This document shows positions 11,117 through 20,445 of a DNA stretch of 32,000 bases, piece after piece. The notes under the pieces were generated by a model. The model saw only the letters and a list, made by a program, of their open reading frames with translations. It searched no databases and had not been told where the DNA came from. Made by a program: the position numbers and the translations under genes. Position 1 is the stretch's first letter; the number at the start of each line of letters is the position of its first letter. The DNA is from Pyrodictium abyssi (lineage in GTDB: Archaea > Thermoproteota > Thermoprotei_A > Sulfolobales > Pyrodictiaceae), in assembly GCF_036323395.1 (NCBI RefSeq), contig NZ_AP028907.1:1020001-1052000 (forward strand), written 5' to 3'.

Positions 11117-11124
11117 TTTAAATA
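11117..11124 (+). promoter_or_regulatory. Probable TATA box for atpH-atpC
   Basis: TTTAAATA; it abuts the ORF-track GTG at 11125 and so supports a downstream start (TTG 11164). Confidence 0.5.
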
Positions 11125-11163
11125 GTGCAGGAGCACAGCCTAGCAGCTATTGGCGGGATTGCC

Positions 11164-11505
11164 TTGGCCGAGGGAGCCGATGTTATCAACAAGTTTCTAA
11201 GAACGGTCGCCGAGGTTGAGGAGTCCATCAAGCGCATAGAGGCCGAGCTCGACAAGGACACATCGGCGCTGCTGACAAAGGCCGACGAGGCTGCCCGCAA
11301 GCTAGCCAGCGAGGTCGAGAAGCTGATAGAGGAGTACCGTGGGAGGCTCAACGAGGAGCTGAAGAAGGAGCTAGCGAGGCTCGAAGAGGAGTTCAAGAGG
11401 AAGGAGGAGTACGAGGTATCGAAGCTCCAGGAGCAGATAAGCCGCAACAAGAGCCAGGCCCTCGAAGCGGCTGTCAGCGTACTGGCTAAGGTGATACGCG
11501 GTTGA
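11164..11505 (+). CDS. atpH: A-type ATP synthase subunit H (peripheral stalk)
   Basis: Short charged coiled-coil protein (EVEESIKRIEAELDKDTSALLTKADEAARKLASEVEKLIEEYRGRLNEELKKEL) directly upstream of subunit C. The upstream GTG at 11125 is disfavoured by the TATA position. Confidence 0.75.
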   Translation: MAEGADVINKFLRTVAEVEESIKRIEAELDKDTSALLTKADEAARKLASEVEKLIEEYRGRLNEELKKELARLEEEFKRKEEYEVSKLQEQISRNKSQALEAAVSVLAKVIRG

Positions 11506-12515
11506 CGCTACTCTACGAGGGGCTCGGCGCCGAGTACCTCTACACAAAGGCCGTTGTAGCTAAGACCCTGAGCTACGAGGACGACCTAAGAGCACTCCTA
11601 GCCCAGTACACAGGCGACGAGTCCACGCTAGAGCTGTTCCGCGCAACCAAGCTGGCCCGCTACATACCCGCCGACACGAAGAAGATCGAGCCCAGTATGG
11701 TGGAGAGAGCCGCGTTCAGGCACTACGTCGGCGTACTAGAGTCGATACGCGGCAGGACACCGGGCCAGGCGCTAGAGATCTACAAGGCCTACCGCGCAGT
11801 GGTAGTAGCGCGCGACATAGAGCTGATAATAAGGAAGAAGAGCCTAGAAGGCAGGATTGTGCGGTCAGATGAACTAATCTACCCAGAGGCGCCCGAGGTC
11901 GCTAGAGCGCGTAGACTAGCCGAGGAGGACGCCGACCCGGCACGCATCCTAGCAGCGGCCGGCATGGCTAACGCCGCTAAGATACTCCGCAAGACCCGTG
12001 GCACCGAGCTGCTAAGCGCAGCCATAGACATAGAGATATTAAAGCTGTTCAGCGAGGCAAAGAACGCCGCAAAAACCAGCACCGGGAGAGACATACTGGG
12101 AGCCCGCCAGGACATCTTCGCCGCCCGCACGGCCATGACGCTGGTGGCTGTTCAGCCGGAGAGAGAGGTACTGGCAATGCACGAGGCGGCGCTAGAGACT
12201 CATAAGCTCCCCCGGCAGAAGCTCATAGAGGCCGTAGAGACGCGCGACACGGAGACCCTTGAGAGGATTCTCCTAGAAGCCCTTGTTGGGAGGGTGCCGG
12301 AGGGCCTGACAGTCCTAGATGCTTTCGTTTCGAGTAAGCGCCGTGAGAACCGGAGACGCGCCAAGAGCATATTTGCTAGGGAGCCCCTATCGCTAGATGT
12401 AGTGGCTGGGCTTCTCGAGATACTCCTCTTAGACGCCGAGGATGCAGTAATTATAGCGCTATCCGGCTACAGTAAGCAGCCAAAGAGCATCGTAGCGGAG
12501 CTAGTATCCTACTAG
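11502..12515 (+). CDS. atpC: A-type ATP synthase subunit C
   Basis: All-helical protein with the subunit C/d pattern (YLYTKAVVAKTLSYEDDLRALL...IPADTKKIEPSMVERAAFRHYV...) overlapping atpH by 4 nt. Confidence 0.8.
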   Translation: MTLLYEGLGAEYLYTKAVVAKTLSYEDDLRALLAQYTGDESTLELFRATKLARYIPADTKKIEPSMVERAAFRHYVGVLESIRGRTPGQALEIYKAYRAVVVARDIELIIRKKSLEGRIVRSDELIYPEAPEVARARRLAEEDADPARILAAAGMANAAKILRKTRGTELLSAAIDIEILKLFSEAKNAAKTSTGRDILGARQDIFAARTAMTLVAVQPEREVLAMHEAALETHKLPRQKLIEAVETRDTETLERILLEALVGRVPEGLTVLDAFVSSKRRENRRRAKSIFAREPLSLDVVAGLLEILLLDAEDAVIIALSGYSKQPKSIVAELVSY

Positions 12516-12540
12516 GTCTCCCCGGTTTCATTCTTAGAAG

Positions 12541-12549
12541 TTTTTACAC
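12541..12549 (+). terminator. Putative oligo-T terminator after atpC
   Basis: TTTTTACAC about 25 nt after the atpC stop. Confidence 0.5.
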
Positions 12550-12671
12550 TAGAGCCACATAGGGCTAGGACTGCACTTGTAGTAGGGCCGCTTATTACAC
12601 GCAGCTAGGCCTCCAAGGCTCCTCCATAGCGGCTTGGTTTCCTGCGGTATCGAGGCTAGAGGCACCCAGGG

Positions 12672-13003
12672 CTAGAACGTTAACGGTATGTATCCCTTGG
12701 AGAGTAGCTCGGCCACCCTAGCTCCTATATACTCCGTCTTAACTCTAGAGTCAAGCTGGTCTAGGTATCCCTCGATTTTTGCTATCCTACGGCAGGCTAG
12801 GGCTCCTCTTTGCTGCCCTAAGCCTATCTATCGCGTCTAGTAGGGCTTTCTCGCCTTCGCTATGAGCTTCTCGCCGGGACCGAAGAATATGACCTCAAAG
12901 TCCTCCGACCCAGTTGAACCTAAGGGCATTGGTCGCCCACATAAGCCCTGTAAGAGCCTTGTCTAGGTCCCTGCTTGGAGATTATGACTAGGACTTTGGT
13001 CAA
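12672..13003 (-). pseudogene. DsrE/DsrF-like small sulfur-relay family protein, decayed by at least four frameshifts
   Basis: Minus-strand fragments in sequential frames: LTKVLVIISK / RDLDKALTGLMWATNALRFNWVG / EDFEVIFFGPGEKLIAKA / EGEKALLDAIDRLRAAK / ACRRIAKIEGYLDQLDSRVKTEYIGARVAELLSKGYIPLTF-stop. Together they match the order and ~110-aa length of DsrE-like proteins. Confidence 0.85.
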
Positions 13004-13080
13004 AATGCTCCACAAGGGGTACCACTAGTAGAACACAGCTTTATGCATTGGATATTTGAATTTGAAATACCGTAAAACGT

Positions 13081-13089
13081 GTAAAAACG
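13081..13089 (-). terminator. Putative oligo-T terminator after atpI
   Basis: Minus strand cgTTTTTacac about 50 nt past the stop at 13137. Confidence 0.45.
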
Positions 13090-13136
13090 TGGACTTGGAC
13101 TGCAGTGTTTTGTGTCCTCTATAGCTGCCCTCGTGG

Positions 13137-15287
13137 CTAGTGCTGCTCTATCTCTAGCTTTACTAGTTCTGGGAGCCTTATTGGCGTGTACGGCCTGCCA
13201 CCGTCCATGTAGAACTTGCTGAACATCTCGTAGAAGTGCAGCCTCAGCGAGTGGGCGTACGCTACTAGCGCCTCTAGGCCTATCACTAGTATGTTGCCTA
13301 GTATGTACGCGATCGCTCCTAGCACCGGCCCAGATATGAACGCTAGTATTGTGAAGCCGAACATGAGGCCGCTGTGTGCCAGCATTAGGCCCATAATTCG
13401 CATGAAGGATGCAGTGTTGCCTATAGCCATTAGCAGTATGTCGAACGCCTCCATTACGCCGTTGACGAGTCTCTCTCCCGCCGTGCCATGGCCGAAGAGT
13501 ATCGGCGACACTAGCAATACTAGCAGACCGACAGTCACCATAAGCCTCACTAGTGTGCCAAGGCCTGTCTCGGGCACTAGCGTGAGGCCTGCATCGCGTA
13601 GTACGGCGCCAGCGCTCTCTATGGGTGTGGCACCGCTGCCTGTCATGCCGCCGACGATGACGGCTATCATTATGGCTGTGAATACCAGCGTCTTGCCTAT
13701 GCCGGCTGCTAGCAGCTCCTTGTCGCGCATCATTAGGCCGTTGGCTACCGATATCCACGACGATAGGGCCAGCACTGCAGAGCCTACGGCAAGCGACAGG
13801 TATATTGCATGGAATATGAGCAGCTTAGCCTCCTCTGCTAGCTCTGCGCCGCTGTGACCGCCCTCGGCTAGCTGCTTGACGAACGGGTGGAGCGGGCTGG
13901 ATAGCGGTGGGTGGCCGTGCCAGGTACTGTCAAGCCACCCGGCCACGGCTGGGTGTGGGCCGAAGAACTCGCCAGCCAGGAAGCCCATCACCATGGCGGC
14001 GGCGCCGAATATCATTACTAGCCGGCCTAGCTCAGCGTTGCCCATCCTCTTGTAGAACAAGTAGTAGCCTGCTAGTAGTAGTACCAGGCCGTGGCCCAGG
14101 TCCGGGAACATTAGGCCATAGATTATCGGGAGCGTCACAGCCATCAACGTTACTGGTACGAACTCGCGTGGCCGTGGATAGCCAGCCATATCCAATAGGC
14201 CTGCAAAGGGCGCCAGCTTCTGTGGCACGGTAAAGTAGCTCGGCGGCAGCTCCTTGGCCGCCTCCTCATGGCCGTGGTGCTCCTCTCCAGTGTCCTCGAC
14301 TACTAGGCCTACGTAGCCGGCGCCGAGCCCGTCTAGGGTCCGGCGTAGCTGCTGAACCTTATCGGGACTCACGTAGCCTTTGACCACGGCTACTGTCTCT
14401 GTGAGGCGAGTCGCCTCTAGCAGGCTGAGCAGGTTCTTCGCGGCTTCGATGATGGTTAGAGCCTCGCGTAGCTTGGGGAGATGCCTCCTAAGCACCACTG
14501 GTAGCTCTTCTAGCTCCTTCCGTGCCTTCCTTATGGCCTCTGCGGGTGTCCTCGGCATGTCCTCTGGTATCTCGAGCGGGGAAGCCCTGCTGCGTAGCGC
14601 GGCCTTGCCCACCTCAGCCTCGAGCCACGCTGGGTACGCTACAACCACGGTCTCTATGCCCGGCTCTATGCCGGACACGCGTAGCCCGGCTACAGCGCCT
14701 ATAGCCTCCACGTCGGCTATGAACGAGTCCACGCGCTCCACTGGCACACGGTAGACCTTAGCGCGTATGTAACTGCCCTTCTTAAGCGCCTCTATGTCAA
14801 CGTCTATGAAGCTGTAGGCCTCCAGCACGGCTAAGAGGATCGCGAGTTCAGACTCCGGGCTCCTCAGCTGGGCTAGCCTCTCCACAAGCCTCTCTATGTC
14901 GTGTACTGCGGCGGTGAGCTGCTCCACTACCCTTGACACGCCCATGTCGGCGGCACGGCTGAGACGTAGCACTTGCTCAGAGCCAACGTCCTCCCCGGCC
15001 TCTATCCCAGCCTCCTCGGCCACCTGGAGCATGTCGCGTAACCGCTGCTCCATAGCCTCTAGCTCGTTGCGCAGGTGGCGTATCCTTGCAGAGAACTCGC
15101 CAGCAGCGCGCTGGGGTTCCGGGTGGAAGCAACCACACTCGGCGAGAGCCTTCAGAGTGTCGGCGAGCCTGTCCCTGAGTATGACTATGTAAGCCTGGCT
15201 GGTCGGCTGCGCTACAAGAATGGATGTGGCCGCCAAGAGCCTATCACCGCCGCCGCTAGTACACCTTCCCCTCCCGCGGTTTCCCAC
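13137..15287 (-). CDS. atpI: A-type ATP synthase subunit I (membrane subunit a)
   Basis: Cytoplasmic coiled coil followed by membrane domain with MAVTLPIIYGLMFPDLGHGLVLLLAGY, GHGTAGERLVNGVMEAFDILLMAIGNTASFMRIMGLMLAHSGLM and EALVAYAHSLRLHFYEMFSKFYMDGGRPYTP. True start is probably internal (for example TTG at 15236). Confidence 0.95.
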   Translation of the reverse strand: MGNRGRGRCTSGGGDRLLAATSILVAQPTSQAYIVILRDRLADTLKALAECGCFHPEPQRAAGEFSARIRHLRNELEAMEQRLRDMLQVAEEAGIEAGEDVGSEQVLRLSRAADMGVSRVVEQLTAAVHDIERLVERLAQLRSPESELAILLAVLEAYSFIDVDIEALKKGSYIRAKVYRVPVERVDSFIADVEAIGAVAGLRVSGIEPGIETVVVAYPAWLEAEVGKAALRSRASPLEIPEDMPRTPAEAIRKARKELEELPVVLRRHLPKLREALTIIEAAKNLLSLLEATRLTETVAVVKGYVSPDKVQQLRRTLDGLGAGYVGLVVEDTGEEHHGHEEAAKELPPSYFTVPQKLAPFAGLLDMAGYPRPREFVPVTLMAVTLPIIYGLMFPDLGHGLVLLLAGYYLFYKRMGNAELGRLVMIFGAAAMVMGFLAGEFFGPHPAVAGWLDSTWHGHPPLSSPLHPFVKQLAEGGHSGAELAEEAKLLIFHAIYLSLAVGSAVLALSSWISVANGLMMRDKELLAAGIGKTLVFTAIMIAVIVGGMTGSGATPIESAGAVLRDAGLTLVPETGLGTLVRLMVTVGLLVLLVSPILFGHGTAGERLVNGVMEAFDILLMAIGNTASFMRIMGLMLAHSGLMFGFTILAFISGPVLGAIAYILGNILVIGLEALVAYAHSLRLHFYEMFSKFYMDGGRPYTPIRLPELVKLEIEQH

Positions 15288-15294
15288 ACCTACA

Positions 15295-15306
15295 ATATTT
15301 AAATAT
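15295..15306. promoter_or_regulatory. Palindromic AT-rich element, possibly a TATA box shared by atpI (-) and atpFEABD (+)
   Basis: ATATTTAAATAT perfect 12-bp palindrome between the divergent genes, about 37 nt upstream of the TTG at 15343. Confidence 0.5.
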
Positions 15307-15342
15307 CATAGCCCTCTGCCGCTGGGCTTAGGAGGCCAGGTC

Positions 15343-15651
15343 TTGGCGGCGAAGCATGTTGTCGTAATAGCTGATCCTTACACTGTCTACGCCTTCCGCC
15401 TGCTGGGCGCTGAGGGCTATGCTGTGAACTCCCCCGAGGAGGCAGCCAGGGTTGTAGAGGAGCTTGTCTCCCGCGAGGACATAGGCCTCGTTCTGCTCTC
15501 GGCGGAGTACTACGACGGGGCGCGCAAGGCGGTTGAGAAGTTCCGGCAGGTGCACGGCGACGTGGTGGTAGCCCGGCTGCCGACGGTCCGCGAGCCGGGC
15601 AAGCCCATGGATGTACAAAAAGAGCTGCTCAAGGCCCTAGGCATGGGGTGA
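15343..15651 (+). CDS. atpF: A-type ATP synthase subunit F
   Basis: HVVVIADPYTVYAFRLLGAEGYAVNSPEEAARVVEELVSREDIGLVLLSAEYYD; TTG start preceded by GGAGG-like sequence. The ORF track starts earlier, at 15220. Confidence 0.88.
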   Translation: MAAKHVVVIADPYTVYAFRLLGAEGYAVNSPEEAARVVEELVSREDIGLVLLSAEYYDGARKAVEKFRQVHGDVVVARLPTVREPGKPMDVQKELLKALGMG

Positions 15652-15657
15652 TGTGCT

Positions 15658-16284
15658 GTGGCCGGACATGTGAAGCTGCTCGGTAGCCCGGAGAAGCTCG
15701 CGGAGGAGATAGCGGGCAAGGTGCAGAGAGACATCGAGGCGAAGGTTAACAGCGCTCTAGAGGCTGCTAAGAAGATAGTAGAGAAGGCCTTTGAGGACAA
15801 TCTTAAGAAGCTTGAGGAGGAGCTAAGGAGGAGTGCGAGAAGCACCCGGGAGCAAGTAGAGTCCTACGCTGCTAGACGCGAGGTGGAGCTGCGGAAGAAG
15901 CTCGCTAGGATACGCGCTGAGGCGGTAGAGGAGATACTCGGGCAGGCGCTCCAGCAGCTCCGCCAGAAGGTGAGCGAGAAGGAGTACATAGGCTTCCTCG
16001 CGAGGAAGCTGGAGGAGGCTATAAGCAGGGCATCAAAGTACTCCAGTGAGCTCGTCGTGGTGCCGGCCGAGCCCGACGTGGAGGCTGTGCGCAAGGCGCT
16101 AAAGGAGATAGAGATACCTCGTGGTGTGAGCGTAGACCTCGCAGGGGAGACCATCAAGGGCATTGGCGGCTTCGTGCTACGTGCCAGCGGCGGGCTCTCC
16201 CTAGACTACAGGCTAGAAGTAGTACTCGCCTCAGCAATCGAGGAGGCAAGATCCAAGATAATTGAAATCCTTTTTAGGACATAA
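15658..16284 (+). CDS. atpE: A-type ATP synthase subunit E
   Basis: Charged helical N-terminus then VDLAGETIKGIGGFVLRASGGLSLDYRLEVVLASAIEEARSKIIEILF, typical of subunit E. Confidence 0.9.
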   Translation: MAGHVKLLGSPEKLAEEIAGKVQRDIEAKVNSALEAAKKIVEKAFEDNLKKLEEELRRSARSTREQVESYAARREVELRKKLARIRAEAVEEILGQALQQLRQKVSEKEYIGFLARKLEEAISRASKYSSELVVVPAEPDVEAVRKALKEIEIPRGVSVDLAGETIKGIGGFVLRASGGLSLDYRLEVVLASAIEEARSKIIEILFRT

Positions 16285-16352
16285 ATCATAACGGTGTGGC
16301 CCCATAGAACGTGGCGGGAATAGCACACAAGGGTCAAGGGGAGGCGGTCTAC

Positions 16353-18158
16353 ATGCCTGTAAAGGGCAGGATCATACGAGTAGCAGGCCCACTCGTAGTA
16401 GCTGAGGGCATGCAGGGCGTACAGATGTACGAGATGGTCGAGGTAGGCGAGGAGAGGCTAGTAGGTGAGGTAAACAGGATAGTCGGCGACAAGGCCTACA
16501 TCCAGGTCTACGAGACCACGACCGGTCTGAAGCCCGGCGAGCCCGTCTACGGCACCGGCTCGCCCCTAAGCGTCGAGCTAGGCCCTGGCATAATAGGCAA
16601 GATATACGACGGTATTCAGAGGCCTCTCGACGCTATAAAGGAGAAGACGCAGAGCGTGTTCATACGCAGAGGCGTGAAGGTCCCGGCGCTGGACCGTAGC
16701 AAGAAGTGGCACTTCAAGCCCGCAGGCCTGCGCGTAGGCGACAAGGTATCCGGTGGCGACGTGCTCGGCGAGGTGCCGGAGACACAGCTGGTTACCCATC
16801 GTGTCCTCGTGCCTCCCGGCGTGCACGGTGTGCTACGCTGGATAGCCTCCGAGGGCGAGTACACGATAGAGGACCCGATAGCCGAGGTAGAGACCGCCGA
16901 CGGCAAGAAGATAGAGATAAAGATGTACCACAAGTGGCCTGTCCGTAAGCCCAGGCCAATAGTCGAGAAGTTTGAGCCAGTGGAGCCCCTCATAACGGGC
17001 CTCCGTGTAATAGACACGATGTTCCCCATGGCTAAGGGTGGTACCGGCGCTATACCAGGGCCCTTCGGCAGCGGTAAGACGGTCACACTGCAGAGCCTCG
17101 CCAAGTGGAGCTCCGCCAAGATAGTCATCTACATCGGCTGCGGCGAGAGAGGCAACGAGATGACCGAGGTGCTAGAGTCCTTCCCCAAGCTCAAGGACCC
17201 GTGGACCGGCAGGCCCATGATGGAGCGTACAGTCCTCATAGCCAACACAAGCAACATGCCCGTAGCGGCGCGTGAGGCGAGCATCTACACGGGTATAACC
17301 ATAGCCGAGTACTACCGCGACATGGGCTACGACACCCTACTAGTAGCGGACTCCACGAGCCGCTGGGCTGAGGCGCTACGCGAGATAGCTGGCCGCCTCG
17401 AGGAGATGCCCGCTGAGGAGGGCTACCCGAGCTACCTAGCCTCTAGGCTTGCTGAGTTCTACAGCCGTGCAGGCCGTGTACGCGTACCAGGCAGGCCGGA
17501 GCGTATAGGCAGCGTAACAGTGGTAGGCGCTGTGTCCCCGCCTGGCGGCGACTTCACAGAGCCAGTGACGGCCAACACGAAGCGCTTCATACGTGTATTC
17601 TGGGCACTCGACGCTAAGCTCGCCTACAGCAGGCACTACCCGGCCATCAACTGGCTGCTAAGCTACTCCGCCTATGTAGACACGGTGGCCAAGTGGTGGC
17701 ACGAGAACATAAGCCCCAAGTGGCGCGAGTACCGCGACACCGCCTACGAGCTGCTACTCCGCGAGGACGAGCTAAAGGACATAGTGAGGCTAGTAGGCAC
17801 CGAGGGCCTCAGCGAGAAGGACAAGCTCATCCTAGAGGTAGCCCGCATAATAAGAGAGGGCTTCCTCCAGCAGAACGCCTTCGACGCCGTAGACGCTTTC
17901 GCGACGCCGCAGAAGCAGTGGAAGCAGCTAGAGACCATAATAGAGTTCTACCACGCCGCGCTAGACGCTATACAGCACGGCGTCACCGTGAAGGAGATAC
18001 GCGAGAAGCTAGCAGACAGGATACGCGCGTTCATCCTAGCAAGGTACAATGTGCCCAACGACAAGCTAGAGGAGCTCGACAAGATAAAGCAGGAGCTCCT
18101 CAAGGGCCTCGAGGAGCTAGTAAAGCAGCGCAGCGCGGCACTAGTCCCCACTGCCTAG
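16353..18158 (+). CDS. atpA: A-type ATP synthase catalytic subunit A
   Basis: [60 protein letters not shown] and [20 protein letters not shown]. The ATG at 16353 is preceded by GGGGAGGCGG; the ORF track uses the GTG at 16311. Confidence 0.98.
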   Translation: MPVKGRIIRVAGPLVVAEGMQGVQMYEMVEVGEERLVGEVNRIVGDKAYIQVYETTTGLKPGEPVYGTGSPLSVELGPGIIGKIYDGIQRPLDAIKEKTQSVFIRRGVKVPALDRSKKWHFKPAGLRVGDKVSGGDVLGEVPETQLVTHRVLVPPGVHGVLRWIASEGEYTIEDPIAEVETADGKKIEIKMYHKWPVRKPRPIVEKFEPVEPLITGLRVIDTMFPMAKGGTGAIPGPFGSGKTVTLQSLAKWSSAKIVIYIGCGERGNEMTEVLESFPKLKDPWTGRPMMERTVLIANTSNMPVAAREASIYTGITIAEYYRDMGYDTLLVADSTSRWAEALREIAGRLEEMPAEEGYPSYLASRLAEFYSRAGRVRVPGRPERIGSVTVVGAVSPPGGDFTEPVTANTKRFIRVFWALDAKLAYSRHYPAINWLLSYSAYVDTVAKWWHENISPKWREYRDTAYELLLREDELKDIVRLVGTEGLSEKDKLILEVARIIREGFLQQNAFDAVDAFATPQKQWKQLETIIEFYHAALDAIQHGVTVKEIREKLADRIRAFILARYNVPNDKLEELDKIKQELLKGLEELVKQRSAALVPTA

Positions 18159-18170
18159 CACCAGCCCGGG

Positions 18171-18175
18171 TTTTT
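18171..18175 (+). terminator. Possible oligo-T termination/attenuation site between atpA and atpB
   Basis: TTTTTGACAC about 12 nt after the atpA stop. Confidence 0.3.
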
Positions 18176-18234
18176 GACACTCACCAAGTCTCGGCGCCCG
18201 CTCACGGCTCGAACGTACCGGCCGTGACGTATAG

Positions 18235-19686
18235 ATGGGGAACGTGTGTACGCGTGGTGGTCTAGGCTTGGCGGTGCCCGAGTCTAGGGTCATACGTGAG
18301 TACGAGAATATCCGCGAGATACGCGGCCCCCTAGTAATAGTCGAGGGTATAAGCGACGCGGCCTACGACGAGATAGTAGAAGTGGAGCTCCCCAACGGCG
18401 AGAAGCGCCGTGGCCGTGTACTGGAGACGGCTAGGGGCTATGCTGTAGTCCAGGTGTTCGAGGGCACAACCGGGATAACAGCAGTGGGCACCAAGGTGCG
18501 CTTCCTCGCTAGGACCCTCGAGGTAAAGGTATCCGACGAGATGCTAGGTAGAGTGTTCAACGGCCTAGGGGACCCGATAGACGGCGGCCCACCGATAACA
18601 AGCGGCGTATGGCGCGACATTAACGGCGACCCCCTGAACCCCGCTACACGTGCCTACCCCGAGGACTTCATCCAGACCGGTGTCTCCGCCATAGACGGTA
18701 TGAACACTATGGTGCGTGGCCAGAAGCTGCCGATTTTCAGCGGCGCTGGCCTACCCCACAACAAGCTCGCCGTGCAGATAGCCCGCCAGGCGACCGTGCG
18801 TAGCGGCGAGGAGTTCGCAGTAGTCTTCGCGGCTATAGGCGTGATGCACGACGACGCGCTGTTCTTCAAGAAGTTCTTCGAGGAGACCGGCGCCATCAAG
18901 AGGGCAGCGCTCTTCATAAACCTAGCAGACGAGCCGGCATCGGTGCGTCTAATCACGCCACGTATAGCTCTAACCCTCGCCGAGCACCTAGCCTTCGACC
19001 TAGGCATGCACGTGCTAGTCATACTGACCGACATGACCAACTACGCTGAGGCTCTCCGCGAGATAAGCGCGGCACGCGAAGAGGTGCCGGGCCGCCAGGG
19101 CTACCCTGGCTACATGTATAGCGATCTTGCGAGTATCTACGAGCGTGCTGGCCGCGCCCACGGCCGCAAGGGCAGTATTACCCAGATGCCTATACTCACG
19201 ATGCCTAACGATGATATCACGCACCCGATTCCGGACTTGACTGGCTACATTACTGAGGGCCAGATTGTGCTTAGCCGTGAGCTACACAACCGCGGCATCT
19301 ACCCGCCGATAAACGTGCTAATGAGCCTCTCAAGGCTGATGAAGGAAGGCATCGGACCCGGGAAGACACGCGAGGACCACGCCAACGTCTCGGACCAGCT
19401 GTACGCTGCCTACAGCCGCGCGGTCGAGCTAAGGAGCCTAGCAGCCATCGTGGGCGAGGAGAGCCTAAGCGACGTAGACCGCAAGTACCTGCGGTTCGCC
19501 GAGGCCTTCGAGCAGCGCTTCATAAGGCAGGGCTTCTACGAGAACCGCAGCATAGAGGAGACCCTCGACATTGCCTGGGAGGTACTATCAATACTACCGG
19601 AGAGCGAGCTGTACAGGATAAAGGACGAGTTCATACGCAAGTACCACCCCAAGTACCGCAAGAAGGCCTCCGAGGAGAAGAGCTAA
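18235..19686 (+). CDS. atpB: A-type ATP synthase subunit B
   Basis: [105 protein letters not shown]. Start may be the GTG at 18274. Confidence 0.97.
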   Translation: MGNVCTRGGLGLAVPESRVIREYENIREIRGPLVIVEGISDAAYDEIVEVELPNGEKRRGRVLETARGYAVVQVFEGTTGITAVGTKVRFLARTLEVKVSDEMLGRVFNGLGDPIDGGPPITSGVWRDINGDPLNPATRAYPEDFIQTGVSAIDGMNTMVRGQKLPIFSGAGLPHNKLAVQIARQATVRSGEEFAVVFAAIGVMHDDALFFKKFFEETGAIKRAALFINLADEPASVRLITPRIALTLAEHLAFDLGMHVLVILTDMTNYAEALREISAAREEVPGRQGYPGYMYSDLASIYERAGRAHGRKGSITQMPILTMPNDDITHPIPDLTGYITEGQIVLSRELHNRGIYPPINVLMSLSRLMKEGIGPGKTREDHANVSDQLYAAYSRAVELRSLAAIVGEESLSDVDRKYLRFAEAFEQRFIRQGFYENRSIEETLDIAWEVLSILPESELYRIKDEFIRKYHPKYRKKASEEKS

Positions 19687-19779
19687 GCCCCCGTCACGGG
19701 CCAGCCCCGCTCCAACCCCCATTCTTTCTCAGTACCCGTCGGCACCCCTTCCAGGACGGTAGAGGTGGTGTAGCAGACC

Positions 19780-20445
19780 TTGGTCTCAACGTTCGGCGGT
19801 GGCTCAAGAGTACTACCAACAAAGATCAACCTCATCCGGCTACGCCGCGAACTACGCAATATGAAGAGGATAAGGAAGGTCATCGAGGAGAAGAGAGACG
19901 TCATACTACTCTACATAAGGCAGCTCGGAGACGAGTACCAGCAAGAGTACAGCAAGGTCGCGGAGACCCTAGCCGAGGCCTACCGCAACTTCTTCGTAGC
20001 ACTCATGTCCAGCGGCGGCCTCGAGAACGCTAAGCCTGTGCTAGAGGCTATGCCCACGAGCCTACAGGTGGACGTCACCACGCGCGTGCTCTTCGCCGTG
20101 AAGACCCCCGCTTACAGCCTACGCGAGGACACGATCCCGGACATGCCTGTGTCCGCGGTCCGGCTGTCCCCGACGCTGCTGCAGGCCCGTGAGAGGCTCC
20201 TCGAGGCCATGAAGAGCCTACTACGCGTAGTCGAGGCTGAGGCGGCCATAGAGAGGCTCCTCGAGGAGCTCAGGGACACCCAGAGGCTGCTAAACGCCCT
20301 AGACTACAACATAATACCTGGATACGAGAACAGCATCAAGTACATAAGGCTGGTGCTCGACGACCGGATGAGGGAGGAGGTAATAAGGCTCAAGACGCTG
20401 AAGAGGAGGCTCGCCAAGATCCGTGGCGGCGAGGGCCTCGCCTAG
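19780..20445 (+). CDS. atpD: A-type ATP synthase subunit D
   Basis: PTKINLIRLRRELRNMKRIRKVIEEKRDVILLYIRQL...LLNALDYNIIPGYENSIKYIRLVLDDRMREEVIRLKTLKRRL. Confidence 0.95.
   Translation: MVSTFGGGSRVLPTKINLIRLRRELRNMKRIRKVIEEKRDVILLYIRQLGDEYQQEYSKVAETLAEAYRNFFVALMSSGGLENAKPVLEAMPTSLQVDVTTRVLFAVKTPAYSLREDTIPDMPVSAVRLSPTLLQARERLLEAMKSLLRVVEAEAAIERLLEELRDTQRLLNALDYNIIPGYENSIKYIRLVLDDRMREEVIRLKTLKRRLAKIRGGEGLA

Noticed and set aside
10434-11219. 261-aa plus-strand ORF
   Set aside because: Out-of-frame shadow of the COG2403 gene; sequence is Arg/Gly/Pro-rich with no recognisable domain.
13000-13758. 252-aa minus-strand ORF
   Set aside because: Mostly an alternative frame of atpI on the same strand, with no domain signal.
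13291-13857. 188-aa plus-strand ORF antisense to atpI
   Set aside because: Antisense shadow of a long transmembrane-coding gene; Ser/Pro/Thr-rich with no family features.
16618-17128. 170-aa ORF antisense to atpA
   Set aside because: Shadow ORF opposite highly conserved atpA sequence; no independent support.
17693-18265. 190-aa plus-strand ORF
   Set aside because: Out-of-frame shadow of the 3' part of atpA.
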